Below are positions 13,481 to 27,300 of a DNA stretch of 64,000 bases, one piece after another. The DNA is taken from the NCBI GenBank assembly GCA_977030845.1, contig OZ365112.1:6758001-6822000 (forward strand). Reading direction: 5' to 3'. Made by a program: the position numbers and the translations under genes. This stretch comes from Fimbriosthenelais zetlandica (Eukaryota). The notes under the pieces are model-generated. The model did not search any database, was not told the DNA's origin, and worked only from the letters and a program-made list of their open reading frames with translations. The stretch's first letter is position 1. Each line of letters begins with the position of its first letter.

Positions 13481-14281
13481 GCATTGAATGAATACAGAAG
13501 AAAGCAAAAAAAACGGTCTAATGGGAATTAATATTTTTATGGTTTGATATCGTATTTGATATCTGCTTGTTCATCGACTTTAGACGGATAGCCTAATCAG
13601 TCTTGCATGTAGTAATCCAACACTTTTTCCAGAAATATTTATAAGCCTTTTAATCAAACTCATTTCTGAGCCTCCCCTCACCTTGGGAGAAGGTGTTAGA
13701 AATTGAATTTCCTTTGAGGTTTAATTAAGCAATAACCTTAATTTAAATCACCCTCAATAATATCTCCTTCAGAAATATGAACTTAATTGTCATATACCCA
13801 CGGCTTATAAAATCATATGTTTAGCCCATTTATGTGCCCATTCCTTGTTTTATTACCCACGCCAATATATCTGATTGCCCCGGGAAACCCCTAATCTAGA
13901 ACCCTCTGATATCCGAGCTACCCGGCACCCGTCTACTAAAACAATAAGTGATTATTTCATAGGTGAAAATCACCCGACTACTTAATGATGTACTAATAAG
14001 GAACGCCCATAAAATATTGATTTGAGGTGCGAAGGACTAATTGTAGCTTTTATGAAGGCTGACCACCTGATCAAAGAGAGAGTGGTATGAGGACCGGCAA
14101 TGATCAAAGTGTTTATAGAGGCAGACGCCTTGTAAAACAGCACCATTCACGTAACCATACACACTACCTTTTACTGCCCTCCCACCCTTTAATGTGTGAG
14201 CCGCACGCTCTCTCTATATGGTATCATACCCCCACCCTAAACCAGGGGTAGTATATACGACCCACCCCACCACTACACTGT

Positions 14282-14359
14282 GTAAGAGATAAGTTATCTC
14301 TTACTACATCGCCATTGGCTGATTGGCTGGAGGGCGGAGCTTAGGGCCCTCATTTGCAT
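14282..14359 (+). promoter_or_regulatory. Probable SoxE proximal promoter: paired-GATA palindrome, two inverted CCAAT boxes, GC box, octamer
   Basis: GTAAGAGATAA-G-TTATCTCTTAC at 14282-14304, ATTGG at 14314 and 14322, GGGCGG at 14332-14337, ATTTGCAT at 14352-14359. These lie about 560-640 bp upstream of the ATG. The TSS itself cannot be seen. Confidence 0.6.
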
Positions 14360-14917
14360 CTGTCAATCTGACCTTAAGAAGTGCCCCCATCCTGTCCCAG
14401 GCAGCTACCGTCGATAAGGCACCTACTTGAAGGCGAAGGAACCACTGAGAGGTGTCACTTGTGTGTGCGCCCTCCAAGGAAACACATATACATACACATA
14501 GGAGCATCAACACACGTGGACTTCATATACATATACACCAAGCCCTACCACCAAAGATTATCTTTGACTCACGGACTTAATCCCTAACACCTCGACTGTG
14601 TTTTATCTATAAGCCGATGGGCAGTGATAGGGAAACCAAGATAGACTGTGTTCTTTTTTGATTTCATTCTTCTGGACCTATTTCTCATGACAGTGATAGA
14701 TTTATTGCACAAACAACAGTGAGTTCCCCTCCTTGTATTGAGTGCTGTTCTTGTGCTGATAGTGCTAACCGACTCGTTTGTTCTCTGGTGATACTTGGAC
14801 ATGTAAGGACTAGCTATCTGCTTCTCCTTTCTTGAGTTGTTTTACCTTCACTTGATCTTATCCCAAGATTCACACAAGAAGAGTTTTAAAGGAGTTCAAC
14901 TCTGCAAGTCACCAAAG

Positions 14918-15375
14918 ATGTCGGACCTTAAGGAAAAGCATGATGGATCGGAGTCTCCTTGTAGATCTCCTAACAGCCTGGACTCCCCACTGGGCTCAGA
15001 AGACGACACAGGTAGTCCCCTCAGTCATGATATTGGTGAGAGAGCCTTGGCCACCTTAGCCAGCAAACTGGGACCTCCTCCAGGGAAGGACGGTAGCCGC
15101 AGCAACGGCCCAGGTGGGTCCGGATCAGGCAGCGGGTCAGATGAAGGACAAGGCGGTAACATTCAAGATGCCGTCAGTCAGGTCCTCAAGGGATACGACT
15201 GGACGCTGGTTCCCATGCCAACGCGTCCTCCAGGGGGTGAGAAGAGGAAGCCCCACATCAAACGACCGATGAATGCCTTCATGGTGTGGGCTCAGGCTGC
15301 TCGGAGGAAACTGGCGGACCAGTATCCACATCTACACAATGCTGAACTCTCCAAGACACTGGGCAAACTCTGGAG
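14918..15375 (+). CDS. SoxE: SoxE-family HMG-box transcription factor, coding exon 1 (N-terminus, dimerization domain, first half of HMG box)
   Basis: ATG at 14918 (aagATGt). The translation contains the SoxE dimerization motif [20 protein letters not shown] and the HMG start [43 protein letters not shown]. It ends at a phase-2 donor AG|GTAAGA (intron starts 15376), the conserved SoxE HMG intron position. The upstream TTG start in the ORF track is not used. Confidence 0.97.
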
Positions 15376-18300
15376 GTAAGATCATTCAAATGTTCTCCAT
15401 ATATTCCAGTGTATTTTTGTTCCAGAAATTCCCGTTTTTTCTTAGTCTGAGAATATGTGTTAAGCCATGCCCCCAGGGATTGATATGACACATAAGTGAT
15501 AAAGTTGAAAGTGTCGCGCCTGTGACCGTGTCAATGTTTAATATTTTTCCTGGTCAATTTGTAAAGGTGTAAGGTATTTTTCAGCATTTCCCCATAAATT
15601 CATCCATTTAAATAGTTAAAACAGCAATGAAAAAATGCTTTATAACCTTGTACCATTATAAATGGGCGCCTGTGAAAGTAGCTGCCTCAATTTATAACAT
15701 AAAGTAAAACACCAATGGGGGCAACAGTACATCATACTAGGTAAACTGTAGGTTACAAGTGTCGTCTAGCCCTGTATGGCCTTTTCATGTATTCCTCAGG
15801 TAATTTGTTAAAGATGGCGGTAGTGAGATGTAACCATAGGCGTCAGGGATTCAGTAAATTTGTTTGCCATTTATTTCACCTGTGATCCGTGGCTAATAGA
15901 TCAGCTTTAGTTAGGGTAATTAATATCCCACTCGAGGGGGGAGAGGTGGAGGACTGGATGTGGCACAACTTACCTCCTCGAGGTTTGATTATTATTTCTA
16001 AGGCCGATCCTATACATTAAAGAGACACCACTCATTTACAAGGTCACGCTTAGTACGTTTGAAAATTTCCACCAATTCTAAATCGGGGATGATAAATAAA
16101 GTTTTTAGTCAGTTTATATCAATGAAAATTTAGCTGGATTGAAATGGAGGAGTTTTGAAAAGATGGGTAGCGATAGGACGTCGCAGCTGGGGAACTGTTC
16201 TTCATTCATGTAAAATTCCATTGAGAGTGTCAGTGATTCAAAGCACATCGCTGCGGGTTCTTTTTTCAAGGGCTTGATCTACTCGCGAGGTGTGCCATCT
16301 GAAAGTGAAGCCGCCAGAATCTGAAGGTGAAATTTACACTCAGGTCCGGCAGAAAACATTTTAAAATCATTTGTCAAAGTTTGGGGATCGTGTCAGCCAT
16401 GGCTTGAGATAGTCCCATCCACATGTTGATAATACAGACATTGGTATTAAAATGAGAGTGAAATATTTGCGGTTGTCATGCAAATCGCTGACAAATCCCT
16501 GTAGTCCTGAGTGAACACAGCCAGCCCCGCCCTCCCATACTAATACCTGTACCCATCCCTGCAGCATGTGTGTTCTATATATGATATTTGGTATATAACA
16601 TACTTTATATGGGTTACCTAGACTGTATGCTGTAACCTATAAGAGCACATTTAACACCTAAGCTTTATTCACCCCCATGTATCTTCTGAAGGAAAAGTCC
16701 TTGTTGCTGGGTCAGGGAAGACACAGGATCTCCCAATTGGTGTTGGATCGCCACTGCCTCTGGATCTTTTAGCATGTTATCCTTGTTTGAATAACAGGTG
16801 TAGAGAGCAAATAATGACAATAGAAAATCACGAAGGCAAGGTAACCTAAGACGGTGGCCAAACTTGAGCTTTTGGGGGGCCTAGCGTGATGCCTGATCTG
16901 CATGTACTTCCTATTGCAGTATAGCGGTGTAGTAGCACATCTCATACGGTGCTCCTACATTCTGAGGGTTGGCCATGGGCTAGCTGCCTGCCTGGTAACC
17001 AGGCCTAGTTCAGTCAATATTAACTCAACTACCCGACCTGTAATTTAAGCTTCATTGCGACACCTTCTCAGTTTGACCATGTCTTTGGGGTTGTAGGGGG
17101 CGCCTGCATCATTAGGCATTTGCACGAAGACCAACATACTAAAGGTGGTTCCCCGAGTCATTGCTTCACAACTTGAAATTCACCTGACTCCTCTCTCTCT
17201 CCCAGTCTGTAAGCAAAGGGCGATTCGAGGGGCCACTTGCCAGTGAAATAGGGTCGCTGGAGAGAGCACCTGAAGTAAACCAATGATATGAATATTCCGG
17301 CAAAAAGCTGGTATATGAGATCACGATTTAATCTCTAGGGAAATAAATTGAACCCCAAGAGGCAAGGGAAGCATCCTTGTTGCAGCATTGAACCTGTCAA
17401 TAAAGGTTATTATTGTTTGAACAGAAAAGGAGCTTCAGAATATCATGGCCGACGCCTCTTGAAGAGGTAGGGCTCCAGAGCAAGATACCTCTGATATTGC
17501 CAGGTCTCAAAGCCAAGGTTTACCCTCAGCCTTGGTTAAAGGTGTACCTATAAAGGTTCCCTACAGAAGTCTAAATTTGAGTATAAATCCAGTGCTTTTC
17601 TCAATTATTTTTTTTCTTTTTGACGCACGTTTTATAACGATGTCTTTAGGGGCTTTTTTCATAAATCACCTCCCCATATGATGACTACATATCTGTCCCT
17701 CCCTTAGGTCCCAAGACATAATATTCAACACAAGTGGGGTGTCACTTATCTGATTTTAATTCCAACTAGCAACTATTGTACCTGTGACACAACCTAAATA
17801 GCCTTCCATTGTCAAGTTATGGTCCTTACATATAAATGTCAGTGAAGAACAAGCCTCTAAAGAAAGCTTCAATGGCCTGTTGCTTTGCAGTGCATTGTAA
17901 ACAGCTATTTATTCGTGTATGACTAAAATTATATACCTGACAGACATATATGGAGAGGGGTGGTAAAAAATGTTAAGACCAAAGGGCAAGGGGGAAAAGG
18001 ATTGATATTACCCTTCTCCTCATGCACGTTTAAATACATGCCCTTGTACATCTCAATCCAAAGCACAAAATTACTTCATCTATATTCTGTGAAGATACAT
18101 GGCCATTGACATCAGGAGTCAAGCAATAGCAAATAGACATATTGGATACATAGCAGCAGAAAAGGGATCCCACCAGAGACATTCCCATTTGGTAACTGCT
18201 GATGGTCTTCCCTTGTTTGAATTTGATGGCCTTCTAAATAGGATGGCAGGGCTTGGGTCCCTACTGCTAATCGAGCCTTGCTCCATTATACAAGATCCAT

Positions 18301-21300
18301 TGTTAAGTATGACAATGGTCTCAGGTCATAGCACTAGTCCTTATATTTCATCTCCCTTCTTCTTCCTTCTCCAATGATAATGTCGCCACTGGAGCAGATC
18401 GAAGAAGAAAATAGGGCGGCTGAGACAGGGTGAAAAACTTGTCCCTTTTGTGATGAGCAAGGTTGGGGGCTATATATGTGTGGAGTTGATGTCATTAGAG
18501 ATAACTGAAAGTGGTTCCGTGGCGAGGTACCAAGCTCACTCTCAAGTACAACAATTCTCATTTGACGTGTCTTGTATCATGAAGGGACAAATATGTGACC
18601 CTCAACTGAACACCTAGATTATGTTTCTGTCCAAACACTGCTGTGGCGAATGACAGAAAAATTACATTTTCCATTATTAATTCGAACACAAGTGATCAGT
18701 TAAGAACTGGGGTAGCTGGGTGTTAACTGGCATCATTCAATTTCTCGTCTGGATAATTTACATAATTGGTAATATAATGATCACATAGAATTTCAGACGT
18801 TTCTAAATTGTTTTTCTTTGCATGGACAAATGAGTGAACATGGGTGTAGAATGGGGTATGAGGGATCCAATGGTGAATTGAATTAGGGATGCTGCAGGCC
18901 GGCAGACCGCCTGTTGCTAGTGGGGATTCTCTGACAATGATATGTCTAAAAGGAACAGCGAGCAGGGGCGGCATGCATGACCTGGCGCTAGGGACAGGTA
19001 CATAACAAGTCAATAGGGGTGACACCCATACCCCCAGCCACCCCCTCCTCTCTCTCTACAAACGTGTCCAAAGTTTGAGCTCTTCAAATATCAATATTTC
19101 AATATTAATATAGTCCATATTCTAGGTTATTAATCAATGGGTGCTTCCATGAGCAATCCGCACAAAAATGGACATGCATTTTTGTTATTTTTAGACAGAT
19201 ATTCATACTCATGTACCTCAGACTTCCCAAACTCAGAGGCTTTGACAGAAGGTATATCTCTTACTGGCATTTGCTTTAGAAGTGAGCCCTCACCACGACA
19301 ATAGTTCATGCCCACATGTAGCCATCAAAAGCTGGCCTAATTATAGGGGGTTTTTGGAGCAATCAATATGTCTAAATGCTAACCTAGGCCCTGGCTCACC
19401 ACCTGAATATATACGAACCGTCATTGTGGGCACATAAACCATGTGGTAATTTTCCACTATGAATCCAATGGTAAGGGAAAGCAGGGGGATATTTCTAATT
19501 TGCTGCAATTGGGCTACCTTCTTTATTCAAGGCCATTCCAAACAGGTCAAGTTGTCCTCTAAAAGGGACAGATAGTGGAGTGATGGATGCCATTTGAAAA
19601 TGCATGTCCTCACTTGCCTTAAGTTGACCGATGGAATTTAGCTCACCCTGTCACAGCTTTGATATTAAGTGATAGTAATAACTGAATGTACTTTTAATGA
19701 TTTCCATCTAAAGGGTGGGAAGCATTTTTCGATATCTGTGAATGAATTTTATGTCTAGAGTACAATCTAAGGTGTTACGAAGGCCATAAATTTGATGTAA
19801 TAATGAGTGAATGTCTGGTTCATAAATCATATTGGAGTGGCTGAGACTTTGACCGGTACCTGACCAAGTACCTGTAATATGGACTTGACATGCTAAACGC
19901 TGTTCAAGGTATATTTACATTAAATTATATATAGATACAAATTATCATATATAACCCATCGTAAATTATTGTCCTCAGCTAATATCACTTTCTAAGATAA
20001 GCCTTCCGTGCTGTATCAACAAGACATAAGTAGCCCACACTTTTGTTGGCAATTGTATTCCTCACATTCAAGGGCCATTAGGCCCCTTGATAACTACTTC
20101 ATTGATATCATTATAACAATAGGAGTAACATGTAAATTTCAATGTATTTATATACATTTCCACAAGTGTGTATAAATGTTTCTAACTGTTTGTGTCATTA
20201 GGGATGAATTGTTTGGTTTTGCTGGTATAGACAGTCACCTTGGTTCCCATGGCACCAGCATACACTCTAGCCCAGTCCACCACATTTGTTTCTGGAGATC
20301 ATATTAGTAACTTGTCCGGCTCTTGTCACTGGAGATTTTTATCCACCTACTCTAGAGCTGATAAGTATAGTTTTGCTATTGCTATATATACACCAAAATA
20401 TATGGTTCTATGTATTATCAATTGATTTACACTCCCGTGGCCAAAAAACAACAGGTAGAAGCGCATTCCAAAAATTAACGAACGAGCCATATATCCTATC
20501 AAGATGACATTTTTTGAATCAACAATTGGCAAGGGCAGATTAGAACAATTTGTTGAGTATCAAGAGAGCAAATGCATTGAGATAAAAAGTAACAATGAGT
20601 ATGACATCTCCTGACGTGTATATGTGACTTATCTCCTTCAGGCCTTAATTCAAATGGATGTTATCCCATAAAAACATCTTCATCATATCTAGGAAGGAAA
20701 GTACATATTTTTTTTCGGATGTACTTAATATTTATCTCACATATCAGGTGGTCAAATCATTGAAAACAAGCAAGACAATTCCTGTTATTTTTTGTTGAGA
20801 TGGAATGAGGAAAAAATAGGAAATAAAGTCTAAAGGCCTGTGGTGGTCCCTTGTACCGATATACAAAGTAGAGAGAGAGCTGAGAGCTGGAGAGGATCAA
20901 CTTGTTTGGTTCTGTAGTTAAATCATGGCACACAATTATTTCACGGATGGAGGAAGGTTTTGTGGCCTGTTCAAAATATACAAGCCAAGACATGCGATTA
21001 GATTGCATGACACGAAACAATACAGGCCCGATCTCACGACTCAGGACCCCCTCCATTTTATAAAATCCTTCGTCAGAAAAAAAGGACATTTTCAATGATT
21101 GTCACATGAATTGTCTTTCATTGGAAAACCGGAGCAAATTGTCTTCATTCCAGGAATGCTGATTGTGCAGGTGCGGAATGGGCAATTCAGGACATTGAAT
21201 TGGGATTTTTTTTGGTGTGTTTGGCTTACTTGTCGGATGTGAGTGAGCTTTATTTGTATTGTCTCCAGTCTGGATGTGAAGCTGAGGGAGATGTGGATGG

Positions 21301-24300
21301 GTTGGAGCAACGAGTACTCGTTGGTTGGAGTTGACAGGGCAATAGGGAGGCAAGAGGGTGATAATAGATAAGTTTCCATTGCCTCTTGCGCCTGGATACG
21401 CCCCTATAATCCACTTTATATAGACCAGAGTCTGTGAAGAGCCTCGCTCATCAAGCCTCCCCTACCAGCCCACTGATTCATGTTGGTAGAGATAGATATC
21501 AAGATAGAGATCACGTGTGTAAATTATTAACTAGCCCCTACCCTTCATTTTTTAACTTGATTCGCTCTATAATACGCCCACTTGAACAACACTTGTGTAA
21601 CACAATACCAGTGTATCACAGGGAATCTCATTAAATTGACTAAAAGGAGGTAATGTTGACACTAATGCAAGACAAGACGAGTTATGCACTGACTAGATTA
21701 GAAAGCCAGTAAAGATCTGTCTACACTCTTTGTATTAGATTGCCACCTTTATATATTGGGACCCTCTGGTAGAGGATACTAATAGGTCATAGAAGTGATA
21801 AAGCTATATGACTAATTGTCTTAGACTTAAATCCACTTAATATTCTGATTTAATATCAGCGATGTGATCTGATATCCAATATAATGGCTTAAAATGAGTA
21901 CAAACGGAACCCCAGCTAATATATTAATTCACATATTACTCCCACACTATTAATATTCTCACCCTCATATCTCTATCAAGCAGCATACACAATATTTTAA
22001 TCTATATTACTAAATGTTAAGCAAAGTTATGAGTTTTGAAAGGAATTTCAATAAATTACATCCATAAATTTTAAAATTGTAATATTTCATACCCATAAAT
22101 AGCTGGGGACTGCACGATGAACCCACTCCTGCATTTTAATCACATTTGTCTGCCCTTCCCTGGCGATAAGGATAGGAGTAAATTGGTGTGGAGGAGTGTG
22201 CCCTATGTCAGGCGTAATTACACCTTATGACAAGATATTTGGCCATGCATTTTCGGGGCCAGGTAAAGCTCATAAATTGTCTCCCTCGGTCTCTGATAAG
22301 ACCCGCTGGTCTTACTTTGAAGATAAGTACACGGAAGCGCCGGTAGGTGTGTGTATACTCCATGACACCGCCAGTTCAATAGAGTATTATCAAAAAGATA
22401 TCCCAGAGTGTACTGAGCTTATCTTAGTTATAGCACAAGGTGTAGCAGAATAAAGGTAAGGTGTCTTAAGTCTACATTTCAAAATCTAAAAAACCTACTT
22501 TGGCTTGATGGTAGAGACATGATTTTTGGCTTGATGACATGGCTGCATTTTCAAAGCTAGAGAATTATTCTCAAGGGTGAAATCTGGAAAAAGTAAGGAA
22601 AAGCATTTAAAAAATCATCATTTCATTAAGAGGATAAAAAGTCGGTGCCATTCCTATCTCAGGTTTTTTGGCTCTTAACTTTATTTGTTCATACCCTATG
22701 AAGATGATGCTCACTTTGGAACAACAATATTGAGAATATTTGCTGAGGAAATAAGTGAAATGTTATTGCTTGAAGGGATGGACGAGTGGGTGAGGATGAG
22801 GGAGGGCATATATATGGAAGAGATGGGGTATTTTATTGGGGTGATATGAGATGTGAAATAGAGACCCTGTAGGGTTTTGATATGGTGCTGTTATCTAAGA
22901 TAACTACCTTTGTTATGTTAAAGCCATGTGGATGACATTATGACACACAAACCACGCTAAGCCTTTCCGCCCCTCACCAAGAAGAACAATGTCTGACAAT
23001 ATTATTACCAGGGAAAAAAATCCAAGATTCAAATATTCATTTTATTTTGGAAACTTCCACTTAGGAAGGTCAGGTATCAAGATGAATGAAAGTGCTTGCG
23101 TACCGGGTCTGAAACGCTAAGAGATTGTGTCCTAATTTGGATGGCCTTCACCTTGGGGCATTGACCTTCATTAACTGTATATGCCTATAGGACCTCAGGG
23201 CTCAAATTTGGGAATCCATCTTTTTCTGTCTGCCTTTCCTATATAACTAAACAATGGGAATATATGTTGTTGTTTCACGTGTCTCATGACTAAATTGCTG
23301 GGGAACATCAGTTGAATAGGCACTTACAGAGTGCTTATGTGGGTACTGAACTCTCCCATGTGTTCCAAATCTGATATATAAAAATTATTTGCTATCCACC
23401 TGCATGGCTATTTAAGTATTTCCACGTTTTGTTCCAACATCAAGGTTTAGCATTATAGTGGCAGGCAGAATGACATCACTGAGTCATATAGCAGTCCTCA
23501 GCAAAAGCTGTCACAGACCTACCATTAAACAAAATGGATCTTGTAATTAATTTTCTTAATTAATCAGATATTGATCATACTAATTACAATAATTGCAGTG
23601 ATTTTTACTCGGGGAGTGTAGCCTTTTTCCGGTAAAACACGTGTTGGGAGACACTGACAGTTGTGATGGACCCCTACATATAGATGAATTCGGATCATTT
23701 CTTCGGATCCACGCATGTAGGGTAAAAATAAAGGATTGATTTCCTTATCAATATTGGAGAGAAAGAAAGTGGAAAATATAGTTTAGCTATCAGCCATGAC
23801 CTGGGAGAGGCAATGAACCAAGAAAGTAAACATTTTGTAAAGTCGGTGAGATAAAATGATATGATAGCACGGCTATTTGTGTGGGCTGAAATTAAACCGT
23901 CAGATAAGGCTCTTTAGGGTTTGGTCCCTATTGGAAACTTCCGACCTGTGATAAGCTTTGCATACCTGGAGTACATAGTCCCAGTAAAGCACCCTCAAGC
24001 CAGTGACACATCCTATGACTCCCAATAGTGTAATTACGAAATATCAAATTTAATCTCATGATTCATCTAAAGAGAACCATTTGTATAACCATTTTTTTTA
24101 ACTAAAAACGTTAAAAACTCATTGAGGATTCTGATATAGAAGTAAAGGGATGAGTAAAGGACAGACAACTGGTTTAAGTTGCCGCATAAAATGCTAGGTA
24201 TGAAAACAAAGCAATTATGTTAATAATTATCATTTGCTTTTCAAAATCAGGATGGGGTTCAAAATCAGGCAGAGGTAATAGTATTTGTGCACCACATCGT

Positions 24301-27300
24301 CTAAGCACCTCTTATGCAAATGGCCTCAGCTGAGATGGAGGCCTGATAGCACGGGGCCTGTGGTGGGGCGGTATCTTGTGATGTAGGCAGAGAATGGCTG
24401 GAAGCTAGGTGTAGAGCGGCCCTAGCTTGGAGGACTTTCTCACGCCCGATATTACCTTTATTTTCCTTCTTATTACCTTGACGTGTGACCCTTTGTCTTA
24501 GTCACTAACCTGTATTTCAGAAGTCGCCGCTGCTATTCATTCAAGGGTATAATATACTCTTTTTTCTGAGAGGCATCTATAAATAATGTTTCGTAAACAT
24601 CGAAATATTGATATGTTGTCTTACCATTGTTTCTGGTGTTACAATGATAAGAAGAGAAAGACTAAAATTCTAGCCTGGACTTCTTGGACACATCCGAAAT
24701 GGACGCGTCCAATTACAATGTGTAAACATGGAATGTTGTGCTGCAACCATAGGGAATACAAAGTCAGTATTATCCTCCCAATTGTCAGTCTCCAACCTAA
24801 GAAATAAGAATCTAAGAAGGGGGTAAAAAGTACTAAAATTTCCTATCGGTCGTGACAGAGCATTCCAAAGATACCTCCAACAAGTTTAGATGTGAAGTGG
24901 CTGAGTAGGAGCTTATCAGAACAAAACGGCGCCAGCCCTAAAATCTGATAACACCTCCAACTTCTGGGGACAAGTAAACCTTATCTCCTTCTCTTTATCA
25001 AAATTATCAAACCTTTTTAAAAAATCTATATTTGGTATGATTTATGTATTTTGGTATTCAAAGAGAGTAAGGGTGGAGGTATAGATTCTAGTGATAAATT
25101 TTAATGGGTTTTAAAGAAATGATTTACATGCGAGGATGGTGGGGGAACCCTAGAGCATATATACTTCTATTTAATCAGAGGAGGACACATCAGGAAAACC
25201 TCAACTCTTTTGATGACACGAATTGTGTTAACTGAGAATAACACTCCACTTTGGTTTGTTGATAAGACTTCCTTGCTTAATATATTTCACACAGAACATT
25301 CCGTCCACGTGTAGGCTAGATTGTTAAGTGAGAGATGGAGAAGAAAAGGAAGGGAAGATAGGGAGAAATGGGGAAGTGGAGCGGTAGCTGGAGGAGGAGG
25401 GGTATGAGGGAATGGCGTACACGGAGGGGAATTTCAGGGCAATGACTAAGTGCGAGGTGGGGTGACAGTCAAGTTATATTGAGAGTGGATGGAGATCGTG
25501 CAGTCGATGAATGAGGAATCACAGACTGCCCTTAGCGAGCACGTGTGAAGGATTTCCACAGATGGTTTGCCCATTGCTGCGGACAGCCCCCATGCTCGAA
25601 GCCAGGACCCAAAAGCTCCCAGTACACACTACACAGGGCTGGTGTTTATAGTGAAGTGTCCATCAAAGGTATCTCAACTAAAATCAGTGTGTAAATTCAC
25701 ACACAAATACACTCCCACATACAAACAATTCCCCACACACCAGTTTGGTTGCACCCAAGGGATATCCTCCCCCAACAAGATTTTCTGCTTGTGTTTAATT
25801 TGTGTGCACGAGTTCGATCCAAGGGATGTATGTGGCCAGGTTCAAACCACTCCTGAAGGCTGACAGTGAGAGTAAAACGAGGGCTTTAGGTGCTTCTTTA
25901 CTCATCTCAGAAAGAGAAACTTTTCTGAGCGCATTAACATGGATGGCACGTGCGAGTGGGACTGTTGTTCTGAAGGCTAAAGAGGTACACATCGACCCAC
26001 AAAACAAGTCTCTCCAGCCATTGTGGAGGGGTAAACACTGCCTGCAAACACGGCCCTCAACTCTCCATTTGATTGTGTGTGAGAGTATCAGGATGGAGGC
26101 CTGTGGATGAATGGGGTAATGATGTAAGATGAACCGCCGCGACGAAAAAAAATAGTTCCTGCGGTCTGCGGTTCATGAATGTTGGAAAAGTAGTCATCAT
26201 CTAACATATTAAGAGCTATGTACCCTCCTACTTGTGGAAAATCCCACCTTGGTTGCCTGTTTGAAAAAAGTTACTTTCTAAAAGAAAATGTTGAAAATTC
26301 GGAGGAAGGGCACTGCATTAATGCTATACCTAGCTGTTGCCATAGACGCATACACTTAAATGTATAGGTCCCGACAATGATTGTCAAAAAAAGTTACTTT
26401 CACTTTTTGTACTATAACGGAAAATGAAGTCAAAGTCATGCGCATTTAAAATGGGAAAAATGTACATAAGTAAATAGAGATGGGTCTGTAGTTCTAGGAA
26501 TTGCCTCGAGGTGACGTGTTGCTGTGTTTTATACCATTTGACGTCGCCTCTTCCTTACCTGTGTCTTTAATAACACCTAGAGCTTCCCATCCAACACTCA
26601 TCAAACCATGCCATGCCATACAAACAGGGGCCTGTTTCAGCCAAAAAATTCCCCATAGACTTAGCATTGCTAATGGTTGTTCTGAAACAGGCCACATTTC
26701 AACTAATCAAAATTGTGCAAATTCATCAAATAAGCTTTAATCTTGTTTTGAGTTAATAGAACAGGAGAAAGGACAGTCACCAAAGATTCATGCACCTTGC
26801 TTATGATGGAGCCTCTGCCAGGTTTGTCTATGATATAGCATGCATGCTACAACCCCCAAGCTTTGTGCCCCCGTAGACACGCCCCTGTTGGGTCGGCCCA
26901 GTGCCTGTTTATATAATGGTTTATCATAATACTCCATGTCATGAGAAGAGAGACAGATTGTGGCGGGGCCAGGCAGGCTAGCTGGCCACAGATCACCCTC
27001 TTTAGCCACCGTAATGCTCCATTTAACCGCCCGGATCCTTAAATCTATTACAAACTACCCCAAATCCCTCACTTTGTACATAATTAAAACTGCAGCATCA
27101 GCATAGCCAAATGGGAAATATGACCACAGAAAGGCACCATTATGCGGCTACAATAGTCTTAAGGGTTCATACCAGATTTGAGGCAGGGCCTTATTAGATG
27201 CCCTTAGAGGGTACGGTATAGAACCTGACTTAGGTTTTAAGGTTATAGGAGAGGGATAAGAGGGGGATAGCTCCAGCTTCTACCTCTATACATCCGAGGA

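Noticed and set aside
14837-14917. 27-codon in-frame upstream extension of SoxE exon 1 from a TTG
   Set aside because: Non-ATG start and no Sox similarity. The ATG at 14918 has good context.
25805-25850. GAGTTCGATCC B-box-like word suggesting a tRNA or SINE
   Set aside because: No A box at the right distance and no cloverleaf.
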